Shown: positions 55,529-64,000 of the stretch, one piece after another
Layout of the letters: each line of letters opens with the position of its first letter
How positions within the stretch are numbered: position 1 is the stretch's first letter
Source of the DNA: Candidatus Undinarchaeota archaeon
GTDB taxonomy: Archaea > SpSt-1190 > DYHY01 > CAZGQF01
DNA: 64,000 bases
Direction: 5' to 3'
Assembly: GCA_964527545.1 (NCBI GenBank)
Contig: CAZGQF010000002.1
Location: 157,981 to 221,980 of the forward strand
The notes under the pieces: model-generated
Told to the model about the DNA's origin: nothing
What the model saw: only the letters and a program-made list of their open reading frames with translations
Database searches by the model: none
Program-made: the position numbers and the translations under genes

Positions 55529-55729
55529 TCACTCAGACTGGATCAGTTTCACGTTGACCGCTTTCGGACCCTTGTCGGAGTCCTCGACCCCGAACTCAAG
55601 CCGCTGACCAACCTCAAGCTCGTCAGCGCCTTCAACCTCTGAGTGGTGGACGAAGATATCGTCATCCCCTTCGTCCGGGTCTATGAACCCGAAACCGCGG
55701 GGGAGCCACTTCTTGACTGTGCCTTTCAA
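55529..55729 (-). CDS. Cold-shock protein (CspA family), second copy
   Basis: (M)KGTVKKWLPRGFGFIDPDEGDDDIFVHHSEV; TTG start preceded by SD AAGGAGGTGA with a 4-nt spacer; TATA aaaagtatataagg further upstream. Confidence 0.8.
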   Translation of the reverse strand: MKGTVKKWLPRGFGFIDPDEGDDDIFVHHSEVEGADELEVGQRLEFGVEDSDKGPKAVNVKLIQSE

Positions 55730-55734
55730 CTTTT

Positions 55735-55741
55735 CACCTCC
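55735..55741 (-). promoter_or_regulatory. Shine-Dalgarno GGAGGTG upstream of csp copy 2 (TTG start)
   Basis: Complement of cacctcc at 55735-55741; the same motif precedes csp copy 1 (55056-55062) and the secreted gene at 33697 (33702-33711). Confidence 0.55.
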
Positions 55742-55824
55742 TTTACTTTGGGATTTGGGTGAACAGTCCCCTTATATACTTTTAGAAGGGCCGATACCTC
55801 CCAAAAGGGGGCCAAAAATCGGCT

Positions 55825-57327
55825 CTAGCGGCTGCGGAGCTGCTTTCTCCAAAGGGGGTCCTCCTTGTACCAGGGCGGCACGTACTTGTCGCCCTTCTTG
55901 GCCAGCTTTTCTTTCGTCTCTGCCCTCGTCCTCTCCCTGCCCTTCTTTTTCTTCTTTCCCCTGTTTGAAGGCTCCCCGTCCTTTTCAGACCCTTCTCCCT
56001 TTTCGCCCCTCTTCCTGCCGAGCCTGTAGGAGAGGAACATCAGTGCTGTCAGCGTGCCTGCGCCGGCTGCGTAGTGCTCCCAGTTGAACCTCGTGGGGTC
56101 GAGGCCGACGTCCTCGAAGTAGAGCTCGACGCAGTCTGGGAAGAGGTCGCCGTCGGTGTCGTCCACGTTCGGGTCGGTGCCCACCTCCACCTCCTTGCCG
56201 TCAGGAACGAAGTCGCCGTCGGTGTCGATCTTCAGCGGATCGGTCTTCAGGACGTTGACTTCGTCGCCGTCCCCCAGGTCGTCGCCGTCAGTGTCCCAGT
56301 CTGTCGGGTTGGTATCATACTCCTCAATCTCCTCCCTGTCGTTGAGGCCGTCCTTGTCGGTGTCCTTTCTGAGCGGGTCAGTGAAGAAGTCGTTCCACTC
56401 CTTGCCGTCAGAGAGGCCGTCGCCGTCCGTGTCCCATTTGTTGGGGTCTGTCCCTATCTCGTTCTCCTTGTCGTCGGGCAGGCCGTCGCCGTCGGTGTCA
56501 TAGGACCCGCCCCCGCCACCATCGTCATCCGACTCTTCAGACTGCGACCCCATCGGGCGGTAGGGCCTGCCCCCAAGCGGGCCGCCGTAGAGAGAGTCGC
56601 GGAGTGTCTTGAGCGCAGGAAAGACGGACGTGTTCCAGAGGACGAAACCGACCGCGCCGAGGGCGAGGAGCTTCTTCTTGCGCGAAGCCTTTCTCTCGGG
56701 CCGCTTTCCGGCGTATCCCCCGCCGGAGGCGAGCGAGTCTGAGAGGAGGCCGAGATTGACGACGAACTCGTCGTCGGAGAGGGCGCCCTCAAGATGGTCG
56801 ACGTAGTTCTCCAGCCCCTCCACCCACTTGAGGCGGGCGTACCTCATCCTCCGCGGGACCTTCTTGGACTTCAGCTCCCCGATGCGAAAGCGGACCTCTC
56901 CGAAGGCCTCGTCAAGAAAGAGGGGGTCGGAGTTCATGACCGGCGCGGCGATCTCCATGTAATCCCTAGCAACTCTACGCGCAGTCTCTGACTTGAGGTA
57001 GGATACGAGCGCCCTGTCCGCCTTCGCTCTCCCGCTGCCAAGCCGCGAGGCGTAGGCCCTGAAGGCGCCCTTGAGACCGTCGTCGATTTTCTTCTCCGCC
57101 TCCTCCAGCGAGTCGGACTCGGAGAGGGCAGACCTTATCTGGGGGAGGACAGAGTTGTAGCTCTTGGGTATCGCCTTTTTGCCGACAGAGAAGGTGTCGC
57201 CTCCCCAGAAGAGGTCTGGCACGAAAGAGTAGGAAAGGACTCCTGCCCCGTTCAGGCAGCGTCCGCCGTTTTTCCTCCTGTGGAATGCGCTGAAGAGCTC
57301 GCCGTATGTGGAGGCCGTGACAGACAT
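55825..57327 (-). CDS. Membrane protein with extracellular thrombospondin type-3-like calcium-binding repeats
   Basis: Six DTDGDG/DTDKDG [LF]xD.[KE]E repeats (D-x-D-x-D-G Ca-binding loops) between two TM helices (LLALGAVGFVLW and AGAGTLTALMFLSY); basic C-terminal tail. Confidence 0.7.
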   Translation of the reverse strand: MSVTASTYGELFSAFHRRKNGGRCLNGAGVLSYSFVPDLFWGGDTFSVGKKAIPKSYNSVLPQIRSALSESDSLEEAEKKIDDGLKGAFRAYASRLGSGRAKADRALVSYLKSETARRVARDYMEIAAPVMNSDPLFLDEAFGEVRFRIGELKSKKVPRRMRYARLKWVEGLENYVDHLEGALSDDEFVVNLGLLSDSLASGGGYAGKRPERKASRKKKLLALGAVGFVLWNTSVFPALKTLRDSLYGGPLGGRPYRPMGSQSEESDDDGGGGGSYDTDGDGLPDDKENEIGTDPNKWDTDGDGLSDGKEWNDFFTDPLRKDTDKDGLNDREEIEEYDTNPTDWDTDGDDLGDGDEVNVLKTDPLKIDTDGDFVPDGKEVEVGTDPNVDDTDGDLFPDCVELYFEDVGLDPTRFNWEHYAAGAGTLTALMFLSYRLGRKRGEKGEGSEKDGEPSNRGKKKKKGRERTRAETKEKLAKKGDKYVPPWYKEDPLWRKQLRSR

Positions 57328-57385
57328 GGCACCGGCCGAGAGCTGGGGCTTTTAAGTGCAACGGTGGAATGGCAACTCGGCAGTT

Positions 57386-57805
57386 TCAAAGGCCAAAGAT
57401 TATGACTCCTGCCACGGCAAGGAGGAGGCCGATCCCGTTGGTCAAAGTGACCTCAGAGCCGAAGAGAAAGACTGATGCGATTGCGACGAGGATGGTGTTT
57501 AGGCTGATGATGGCGAGGGAGTAGCCCGGGTTTGGGGAGAGCTTCATGGAGTCGAGCACCCAGATGTTGCCGGCCGCGCTCGCAGCTGATGCGATGGCGA
57601 GGAGGCCGAGCTGCTGGCCGTCGACAGCGAGGGAAGCGCCGCCTCTCGCGAGGTGGAGGAAAATGATGGCCGATGAGATAGCGAAGCTGTAGGCGAAGAC
57701 CGCCCCGCTCGAGAGGCCGAGCTCCCCCAGCTTCCTGTAGGCGAGCCACATCGCGCTGAAGGCAAACATCGAGAGCAGGGCAAGAGAGAACCATCCCATC
57801 TTCAT
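57386..57805 (-). CDS. Small 4-TM membrane protein (EamA/DMT-like half transporter)
   Basis: Four hydrophobic helices over 139 aa. Confidence 0.5.
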   Translation of the reverse strand: MKMGWFSLALLSMFAFSAMWLAYRKLGELGLSSGAVFAYSFAISSAIIFLHLARGGASLAVDGQQLGLLAIASAASAAGNIWVLDSMKLSPNPGYSLAIISLNTILVAIASVFLFGSEVTLTNGIGLLLAVAGVIIFGL

Positions 57806-57892
57806 CCCTTCCTCTCTCCTCTCCCCTCTTAAAACGGTAGCCTAATGCGAAAGGAAATCCTTTTAAATTTTCACCACATATAAGTAACTACG

Positions 57893-58504
57893 ATGGGCGA
57901 GAGAGACCGCGAAAAAAAGAGGCCAGTCGAGGACGCCGTGAAAGAGGCAGAAAAGCTCTCAAAGAAGGCGGAAGAGAAGCTGAAAGAGCCAGGCGTCGAG
58001 TACGTCGTCGACGCCTTCTTCGACCCGGAGGGAGAGGACGACGAGATCCACCTCTTTGCCAAGGGAAGAGAGGGCAGGACCTACGTGACAAGGGAGAGAG
58101 AGGAGGGCGTCTGGGTGCTCGTCGACGCCGAGCTGGACGACCTCGTGAGGGGCATGATAGAGACCAACGACGATATACTCTCAGGGGTGAGAAAAGGGCG
58201 CACCCCCCTCGACATCAGCGGCAGGAAGAGAGAGTTCATCGCCCCCGGCATCGGGAAAGAGTACCACTCATGGGGGCCCAAAAGTTCGGCCTTCGGCTAC
58301 AGGGTGAAGACGAGGGACACTGAGCCGAGCGGGGAGGTCCTTGGGATGGCGGAGAACGAGAGATACGTCAGGATAAGACTCCAGGCAGACGTGGAGACGC
58401 CCCACTACGAAGTCTTCGCCCACGGAGTCCCGCTCGACGAGTCGGACAAGGTCTACAGAAAAGTCTTGGAGATCGGGAAGAGGATAGAGGAGAGGGAAGG
58501 ATAG
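57893..58504 (+). CDS. Hypothetical protein (203 aa)
   Basis: TATA ccacatataagtaac upstream; charged; no motif. Confidence 0.45.
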   Translation: MGERDREKKRPVEDAVKEAEKLSKKAEEKLKEPGVEYVVDAFFDPEGEDDEIHLFAKGREGRTYVTREREEGVWVLVDAELDDLVRGMIETNDDILSGVRKGRTPLDISGRKREFIAPGIGKEYHSWGPKSSAFGYRVKTRDTEPSGEVLGMAENERYVRIRLQADVETPHYEVFAHGVPLDESDKVYRKVLEIGKRIEEREG

Positions 58505-58543
58505 CATCCAAACCGATTTTAATTCCAACATCGCGAGAAGTCC

Positions 58544-59350
58544 ATGAAGCAGAGACTTCTCGACGCCCTCACTGAGGCCTTTCTGAAAGTCAACGAGACG
58601 AGAGGGGGGTTGGAAGAGGTGGAGGGCGACAACATCTTCGGCGAAGTCCCGACCAACGCAGACCTGGCCGCGGACGAGGCCTTCTTCTCCTCTCTCAAAG
58701 ACCTTTTCTCCCTCTACGCCTCGGAGGAGAGGGGAGTCGCTGAAGGCGACGGGGACTTGGTGGCCGTGGCAGACCCAATCGACGGCTCTGTCAACATGGA
58801 GCGCGGCTCGTCGCGGTTCTGCTCGGCGGTAAGCCTCTACCCCGACAAGAGTGAGCTCTCCATAGGCGACTGCCTGGCCACGGGGATCTTGGACTTCTCT
58901 GACAGCTCTGCCTACATCTTCGACGACGGCCTCTCCCGCTTCCTCTGGGACGGCTCAAAGTTCGCGGAGTCTGAAGTCAAGACAGGCGAGCCGGAGGGAG
59001 TCCTCCTCGTCGACCTCTGCCTCGACTTCGTCAAGAGCGAGAAAAACTCGGCAGAGAGGATCTCCTCCCTCCTCTCCAAACAGCTCTTCCCGGTCGCCTT
59101 GATGCCCGGCTCCGCCATACTCGACATCCTCTCTGTGCGGCTCCGCCGGGCTGAAGGAAGGGCAGTCCTCGAGCAGAAGACTCTCGACCTCTTCGCTGCC
59201 GGCAGGGCGGCGGGCGAGTGCCACTCTTTCGTCTCCCCTGCCGAGATCTCCACGGACCGCCTCTCGGAGGAGATGGGAGCGAAGAGGGCCTGCCTGCTCT
59301 TTTCAAGCAAGAAAAAGCTTGAGCTCGTCAAGAGAGAGCTCGGTTTCTGA
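58544..59350 (+). CDS. Inositol monophosphatase / FBPase-family phosphatase
   Basis: VADPIDGSVNMERG matches the IMPase D-P-I-D-G-[ST] metal-binding motif. Confidence 0.65.
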   Translation: MKQRLLDALTEAFLKVNETRGGLEEVEGDNIFGEVPTNADLAADEAFFSSLKDLFSLYASEERGVAEGDGDLVAVADPIDGSVNMERGSSRFCSAVSLYPDKSELSIGDCLATGILDFSDSSAYIFDDGLSRFLWDGSKFAESEVKTGEPEGVLLVDLCLDFVKSEKNSAERISSLLSKQLFPVALMPGSAILDILSVRLRRAEGRAVLEQKTLDLFAAGRAAGECHSFVSPAEISTDRLSEEMGAKRACLLFSSKKKLELVKRELGF

Positions 59351-59415
59351 GTCTTCAGCAGTTCACGAATGCTGCTGCCCTTCAACCAATCACACAGCTC
59401 CTAGCACCTGGAAAG

Positions 59416-59823
59416 TCAGTCGCTGTAGCTGTCCTTTTTTTCCGAAATGAAGAGGGTGTTGACCAGCCCCTCCAAGAATTTATTGACTTTCCCCTGGGGG
59501 CCTTTCACGTCCCTCTCCCCAGAGTACTCTCTCCCGCTCGGCGGCCTTGGCTGCTGTGCCTGCCCTCCGGAGGGCCCCATCGGCTTGGCGGGATCTGCCT
59601 GCGTGGCAGGCCCCATCGGCGTGTCGGTCTTCACCTTTCCGCCGTCCCCGTCCCAGCTCTCAAAGCTTTTCTGCAGGTAGTCGGCAAACTCGTCGGTCTC
59701 CCCCTTCTCAGCCTTGAGCCTGTAGACCTCCTCCTGGAGGTTCCTCATCATCTCCATCATTTTCTTGGGATCGTAATTCTCGCGGTCTTCAGCCATGTCC
59801 ATACGCTCCTTGTCCAAGCCCAA
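59416..59823 (-). CDS. Small hypothetical protein, tandem paralog A
   Basis: Shares the Pro/Gln-rich segment PMGPSGGQAQQPRPPSGREY with the adjacent ORF (PMRPSGELAQQPQTPRDY). Confidence 0.35.
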   Translation of the reverse strand: MGLDKERMDMAEDRENYDPKKMMEMMRNLQEEVYRLKAEKGETDEFADYLQKSFESWDGDGGKVKTDTPMGPATQADPAKPMGPSGGQAQQPRPPSGREYSGERDVKGPQGKVNKFLEGLVNTLFISEKKDSYSD

Positions 59824-60060
59824 TCATCTCTCGTAGGTATCCCCTCTCTCCGGAAACGAGAGATGGCCGAGAATCTCCTTCAATACCTTCTTGACATCAT
59901 CCACGTCACCTGCATAGGTTTCTGTCCCCTTTTCAGCGTAATCTCTCGGTGTCTGCGGCTGCTGTGCCAGCTCCCCGGAGGGCCTCATCGGCATTGCGTT
60001 TTTCGCCATGCAACCATAATTCCTGCAGTTTTCATCCATAACTCCACCTACCGTGTCCAA
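59824..60060 (-). CDS. Small hypothetical protein, tandem paralog B
   Basis: See paralog A; directly abutting it. Confidence 0.3.
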   Translation of the reverse strand: MDTVGGVMDENCRNYGCMAKNAMPMRPSGELAQQPQTPRDYAEKGTETYAGDVDDVKKVLKEILGHLSFPERGDTYER

Positions 60061-60141
60061 GTTTAAAACCCTTTGTATTTTTTACCTATTTAGAGTAGTA
60101 ACTTTATGGTATCTTTATAAATCGGGGGCGGTCTGCGGCCC

Positions 60142-60520
60142 CATGTACAGAAAGATGGTCAAGATCAGGGATTCGAGCGAGGAAGAGACCAAATTCGAGA
60201 TGGTGGGGCTCTACAAGAGCGTAAAGAAACTGCTGGGCGACAATGTCAAGGAGGTCCGCCTGAAGCACCGCAACGTGGGACTCACAAGAGAGATACAGAA
60301 CGGGACAGGCCTGAACGTCGCCTGCTACGACCAGCGCCACTACGCCGGCTCCGACTCCTTTCTCTACGCGGAGCTGAAGCTGAACGACGCGACGAAGACT
60401 CTCTTCAAGCTGAAGGCGGTCGTCGAGAAGACAACGAAGCTCTCCGCCAGCGTGGCGGAAGGAAAAGAGGCGGAAAAAATAGTCTCCTACCTCGAAAAAG
60501 AGGGGTTCAGCAAAGCGTAA
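60142..60520 (+). CDS. Hypothetical protein (126 aa)
   Basis: TATA tctttataaatcgg ~25 nt upstream of ATG 60142 (MYRKMVKIRD); the ORF-table start 60053 lies inside the promoter. Confidence 0.45.
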
Positions 60521-60533
60521 TGGACTGCGAGAG

Positions 60534-61343
60534 ATGGTGAAGTTCGAGAGCAGGTGCAGCGAAGGCGTAATGGAGGTCTCAAGAAAGACCGTCCGCCTGG
60601 ACGAGCCCATGCTGGAGGAGCTCCAATCCCGCATTCAAGAGGACGTCAGCTCGTTCTTCGGGATGATGGCTGGGGAGTCAGACAAACTGCCAGACACAAG
60701 CGGATACACTGTTGTGCTGGACGGCGGGTACCCGGGCGCCATATTTGTCCCCGACGACAGGGAGGTACGAATACCCCTCCTCGCCTACGCGGAGGACGCA
60801 GTCGTGCCCTCGCCATTTAGCCTTTACCAGACCGCCTCCATTGGAGAGGAGCTGGGACACGCGGTCTTCGACTCCCTCTTCGGATCGCCCCCAGTGGAGA
60901 GGACGAGGGAAGGGGAGATTAAACTGCGCGAGTTCTACTCGGCCACGGAACTCTACGGCAGGTCCTGCTTCGTCAAGTTCCTTTCCATGAAGACGGAGGA
61001 GAGGTGGGGGCGGCAGGTGACGCCTGAGATGCTACCCAAGCCGCGCGGCAGCTACAGCTCCCTTCTCAGGGTCGTGGAAGAAGGCGAGCCAAGCCCGAAA
61101 GACTACGGATACTCTGTCGGCCACCTGCTCGGCGACAACTTCGTCTCCGGCGGCGGGAAGATGGGGGAGCTGACGTCTGCCACAGGCAGAGAGGGCTTCA
61201 GGGGAGTCCTGGAGTGGGTCTCCAGTAACTACGCCCACAAGACGGAAGAGTCCTGGGAGATAGGGAGAGAACGCTTCCTGACCCCGCAGAGGATATGTTG
61301 GCTCCTGGACAGGCCGACCCGCTTCGACGCCTCGGAGGGATGA
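60534..61343 (+). CDS. Hypothetical protein (269 aa)
   Basis: Coding-like ORF; no motif recognised. Confidence 0.45.
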   Translation: MVKFESRCSEGVMEVSRKTVRLDEPMLEELQSRIQEDVSSFFGMMAGESDKLPDTSGYTVVLDGGYPGAIFVPDDREVRIPLLAYAEDAVVPSPFSLYQTASIGEELGHAVFDSLFGSPPVERTREGEIKLREFYSATELYGRSCFVKFLSMKTEERWGRQVTPEMLPKPRGSYSSLLRVVEEGEPSPKDYGYSVGHLLGDNFVSGGGKMGELTSATGREGFRGVLEWVSSNYAHKTEESWEIGRERFLTPQRICWLLDRPTRFDASEG

Positions 61344-61442
61344 GATCTGGGGGGCTGACGGAAAGCAGCCCCCAGCAGGAGAGCGCTTTTCGAGTGACTG
61401 AGGGTGGAAGACCAACAGAGTTTTATCAGAGGGGGGAGGGCG

Positions 61443-63146
61443 ATGGGGATGAGGCTGCTCACGCTTCTGCTCTGCGCCGTCCTGGCCTCCGCCTGCGCCG
61501 GGCCAGTCAGGACTGTCGGGGAGAGGGAGGCAGCCCTTACCGTGGAGGAGAGGGGCCGTTACGGGGACCTGCCCGCCCACTGCCTGGACGGCCTCTTCAA
61601 CGAGGGCGAGGAGGGGAGGGACTGCGGCTGGAGCTGTCCGAACGACTGCTTCTTCGCAGAGAGGTGCGGGGCGCTGGAAAGAGACGAGGTCTGGCAGGGC
61701 AACGTCCACGTCACCTGCACCGTCACCGTCCCGCCAGGCGTGGAGCTGACCATCAAGCCGGGGACGGTGGTCAAGTTCAGGCACGACAGAGACTACAGGA
61801 CGTTCGACAGGGCAGGCCTCTCCGTGGAGGGGACAGTCAAGGCGGTCGGGGAGAGAGGCGCGATGATCTGGTTCACCTCCGACGCGGAGGACCCGACAAA
61901 CGGCGACTGGGCGGGGATCTCTGTCGAGGACTCCGACAGCTCCGAGTTCGGCTTCGTGGTGGTTGAGTTCGGGCAGATGGGGATAGAGCAGTTCGACTCG
62001 AGCACTCCAGTGACAGACTCCATCATAAGGTGGAACAACGCAGAGGGCCTCTATGCGGAGAGGTCGAGCCCGCTCTTCGAGAAGAACCTGCTCTACTCCA
62101 ACGGCTACCACGAGATAGCGCTCGAGCAGTACAACGAGGGCGTCGTCATCAGGGGAAACCTCTTCCGCGACGGGGTGGGCGCAGTCCACAACGAGAAGAC
62201 AGAGTCGAGAATCGTCGGCAACCACTTCTCCAACTACAGATGGCCGCCCATAACCGCGGGGATGGAGTCGGAGGTGGAGATAGTCGACAACTTTTTCGGC
62301 GAGGGTGTGGAGGCGGGGTGGCACGTCTACGGCGGGGCGAACCATAAGGCTGAGGGGAACGAGTTCGGCGTGGAGAGGGCGCCGGACCTCGGCTTCGAGA
62401 ACCTGGAGAACTTCGAGCTGGGCTACATCCCCGGAGACGAGGGCGACCGATTCCCCTACGTCTACGCAGAGGAGGACGAGACGAGGAGGGTCGTGAAGAG
62501 ACTGGGCAGGGACCTCTTTTTCGGCTGGAGCCTAACATATGCGGACGGCCACCTCTGGAGGTTCAGCCTCGACGCGAGGGAGGCGGGCGAGTCGCTCGAC
62601 TTCATCCGCATCGACCCCGAGACTGGCGAGACGGAGAGATATGGAAATGACGTCATCATGAACCCGCGCGGCCTAACCCACGACGGAGAGTTCTTCTATG
62701 CAAATGACTTCAGCCTCCTGAAAGTCTTCAAGTTCAGGCTGGAAGGAGACCACATCGAGGTGGTCGACTTTTTCCCCATCCCAGAGAAGGAGAAGGGCGG
62801 CTCCAACGGCCTCGCCACCGACGGCGAGTTCCTCTACCTCCGCAAGCGCGACGGCTCCGGCCTCTACAGGCTGACCAAGGGGGGCGAGCTGGCCGGCACC
62901 CTCCAAATCCCCGGCGCCAGCCTGGTCTGGACGGGCGACCACTTCTGGACAGCCTACTCCTGCCCCAAGGGGCTCTGCAGGTACGCGAAGGACGGCGAGC
63001 TGGCGGGCGAGATCTACCCGGCGGCCGACGGGACCTGGGCGATGGCCTGGGACGGCGAGCACCTCTGGACCATCCAGAGGACATGCGAGAACTGGAACGA
63101 CCCCAAGATCTACCAGGTCGAGATACTGGACGACTCCCCCGGATAG
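61443..63146 (+). CDS. Secreted lipoprotein-like protein with parallel beta-helix (NosD/pectate-lyase-like) and C-terminal beta-propeller-like repeats
   Basis: MRLLTLLLCAVLASACAG signal with lipobox-like LASAC; Gly/Asn-rich beta-helix-type repeats; C-terminal DGEF(F/L)Y...G.L repeats. Confidence 0.55.
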   Translation: MGMRLLTLLLCAVLASACAGPVRTVGEREAALTVEERGRYGDLPAHCLDGLFNEGEEGRDCGWSCPNDCFFAERCGALERDEVWQGNVHVTCTVTVPPGVELTIKPGTVVKFRHDRDYRTFDRAGLSVEGTVKAVGERGAMIWFTSDAEDPTNGDWAGISVEDSDSSEFGFVVVEFGQMGIEQFDSSTPVTDSIIRWNNAEGLYAERSSPLFEKNLLYSNGYHEIALEQYNEGVVIRGNLFRDGVGAVHNEKTESRIVGNHFSNYRWPPITAGMESEVEIVDNFFGEGVEAGWHVYGGANHKAEGNEFGVERAPDLGFENLENFELGYIPGDEGDRFPYVYAEEDETRRVVKRLGRDLFFGWSLTYADGHLWRFSLDAREAGESLDFIRIDPETGETERYGNDVIMNPRGLTHDGEFFYANDFSLLKVFKFRLEGDHIEVVDFFPIPEKEKGGSNGLATDGEFLYLRKRDGSGLYRLTKGGELAGTLQIPGASLVWTGDHFWTAYSCPKGLCRYAKDGELAGEIYPAADGTWAMAWDGEHLWTIQRTCENWNDPKIYQVEILDDSPG

Positions 63147-63317
63147 AACATCCGGCCAAACATAGACCTCCACGCCCAGTCGGTCCTCTCCCTTTCAGGC
63201 CAGCAGACCTGCGGAGGGCGGCAGCTCGGGGAGGACGAGGGGTATTCCCGCGACTGCGAAGGAGAGGAGATAGAGCAGGATCAGACCTAATCCCGAAGTC
63301 CGCCCCTTCCCTCAGAG

Positions 63318-63995
63318 CTAAATCGGCCCGTCTGAGAAAGCTGCAGCAAGGAAATAGTTCTCAAGCTCCTCTTCTCCCTCTGCCAGATCTGCGGCAAGCT
63401 TCAGATAGTCCCGAGCCTCTTCCCCGCCCAGAGCTGATAAGCTATGGACAATCTCCTCCTTGAATCTCGAAACCGCCTCCTCATTCGATTTAACGTGAAT
63501 CCTGTTCATAGTAACCCAGGTCGTCTCGTGCTTGAACTTGGCAATCTCTGGAGCCAGGTACTTGAACTTCACCGCCCCCTCCAATAACCCCTTGTAACCC
63601 CCCCACCCGCGGGGATCATTGTCAGGGAGATAGTCTATATATAACCTACTCAGAAACGTCTCCCTCATCCTCTGCCTCTCCTTCTCAAGTTTTCTTCTCC
63701 GTATGCAGCGAAAGGGCCTCTTCCTCCCGAACCACCTGACAACCCTGTTGCCCTTCTCCTCTTCTTGGTCAGAGAGAACGTCTTCGAAGGACTCCTCAAA
63801 GAGGTCGGCCACTTCAACCGCTCCCCTGTAGACGCCTTTCTCCTCAACTCTCCTCCTTAAATCCTCATCGACGAGACGAAAAATCCTTTCGTACCTTTGG
63901 TCACCGAATCGCATATTTTTTTCATTTAATAGTGGTATAAAAAGCTTGCGAAAGGAGTATGGAACCCGAAAACGGGAGCCAGAGGCGCCTGACAC
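63318..63995 (-). CDS. Hypothetical basic protein (225 aa)
   Basis: Arg/Lys-rich ORF; no motif. Confidence 0.4.
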   Translation of the reverse strand: MSGASGSRFRVPYSFRKLFIPLLNEKNMRFGDQRYERIFRLVDEDLRRRVEEKGVYRGAVEVADLFEESFEDVLSDQEEEKGNRVVRWFGRKRPFRCIRRRKLEKERQRMRETFLSRLYIDYLPDNDPRGWGGYKGLLEGAVKFKYLAPEIAKFKHETTWVTMNRIHVKSNEEAVSRFKEEIVHSLSALGGEEARDYLKLAADLAEGEEELENYFLAAAFSDGPI

Positions 63996-64000
63996 TCACG

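Noticed and set aside
61032-62345. 437-aa minus-strand ORF
   Set aside because: Antisense to the beta-helix lipoprotein gene; no motifs, Arg/Pro/Leu-rich.
63147-63317. ORF-free 170-bp region with a hydrophobic peptide frame (GLILLYLLSFAVAGIPLVLPELPPSAGLLA)
   Set aside because: No ATG/GTG/TTG start in frame after the preceding stop; likely non-coding.
1-64000. CRISPR arrays, rRNA and tRNA genes
   Set aside because: No direct-repeat/spacer periodicity and no cloverleaf-compatible or T-loop (GTTCRANYC) sequences were found in intergenic spacers, which are short and promoter-like; a computational tRNA/CRISPR scan would be needed to be definitive.

Overview
High-GC (~62%) archaeal chromosomal segment. 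Evidence for archaea: class III (prepilin-like) signal peptides, aIF5A, Nob1, FEN-1, S3Ae and S15P ribosomal proteins, class I CCA-adding enzyme, Taw1, and TATA boxes ~25 nt upstream of leaderless start codons. About 70 protein-coding genes are supportable; no rRNA, tRNA or CRISPR array was found by eye. Left half: housekeeping genes (pcm, maf, pyrH, nth, HMG-CoA reductase), a Zn-ribbon/Hsp20-like gene directly upstream of a eukaryote-like RuvB-like (TIP49) AAA+ ATPase, a tight tRNA-maturation operon (cca, THUMP m2G methyltransferase, RNase Z, Taw1), and a translation/ribosome-biogenesis cluster (S3Ae, S15, Nob1 divergent from aIF5A, agmatinase, RNase HII with an N-terminal extension). Three paralogous ~520-550 aa class III signal-peptide proteins lie at 1-1539(-), 25024-26592(+) and 52158-53816(+); the first two share a 203-bp near-identical inverted block. 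Accessory-type content: a radical-SAM/UDG-like DNA-repair cassette with a LysW-like Zn-ribbon gene; a low-GC Fic gene after an AT-rich spacer; a minus-strand operon of secreted proteins including a ~1267 aa Cys-repeat/FN3 giant with SD-led starts; a three-gene block of unrecognisable proteins (a 377 aa protein with a C-terminal TM helix, a 1044 aa Lys/Glu-rich coiled-coil protein, and a convergent 778 aa protein); a LigD-polymerase-like AEP primase-polymerase beside a PD-(D/E)xK nuclease, an SPPY DNA methyltransferase and a short MGMT; two cold-shock genes with canonical AGGAGGTG Shine-Dalgarno sites; and a TSP type-3 Ca-binding repeat membrane protein. Most functional calls rest on recognisable motifs read from the translations. 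Gene boundaries were refined by in-frame start codons and TATA/SD position.
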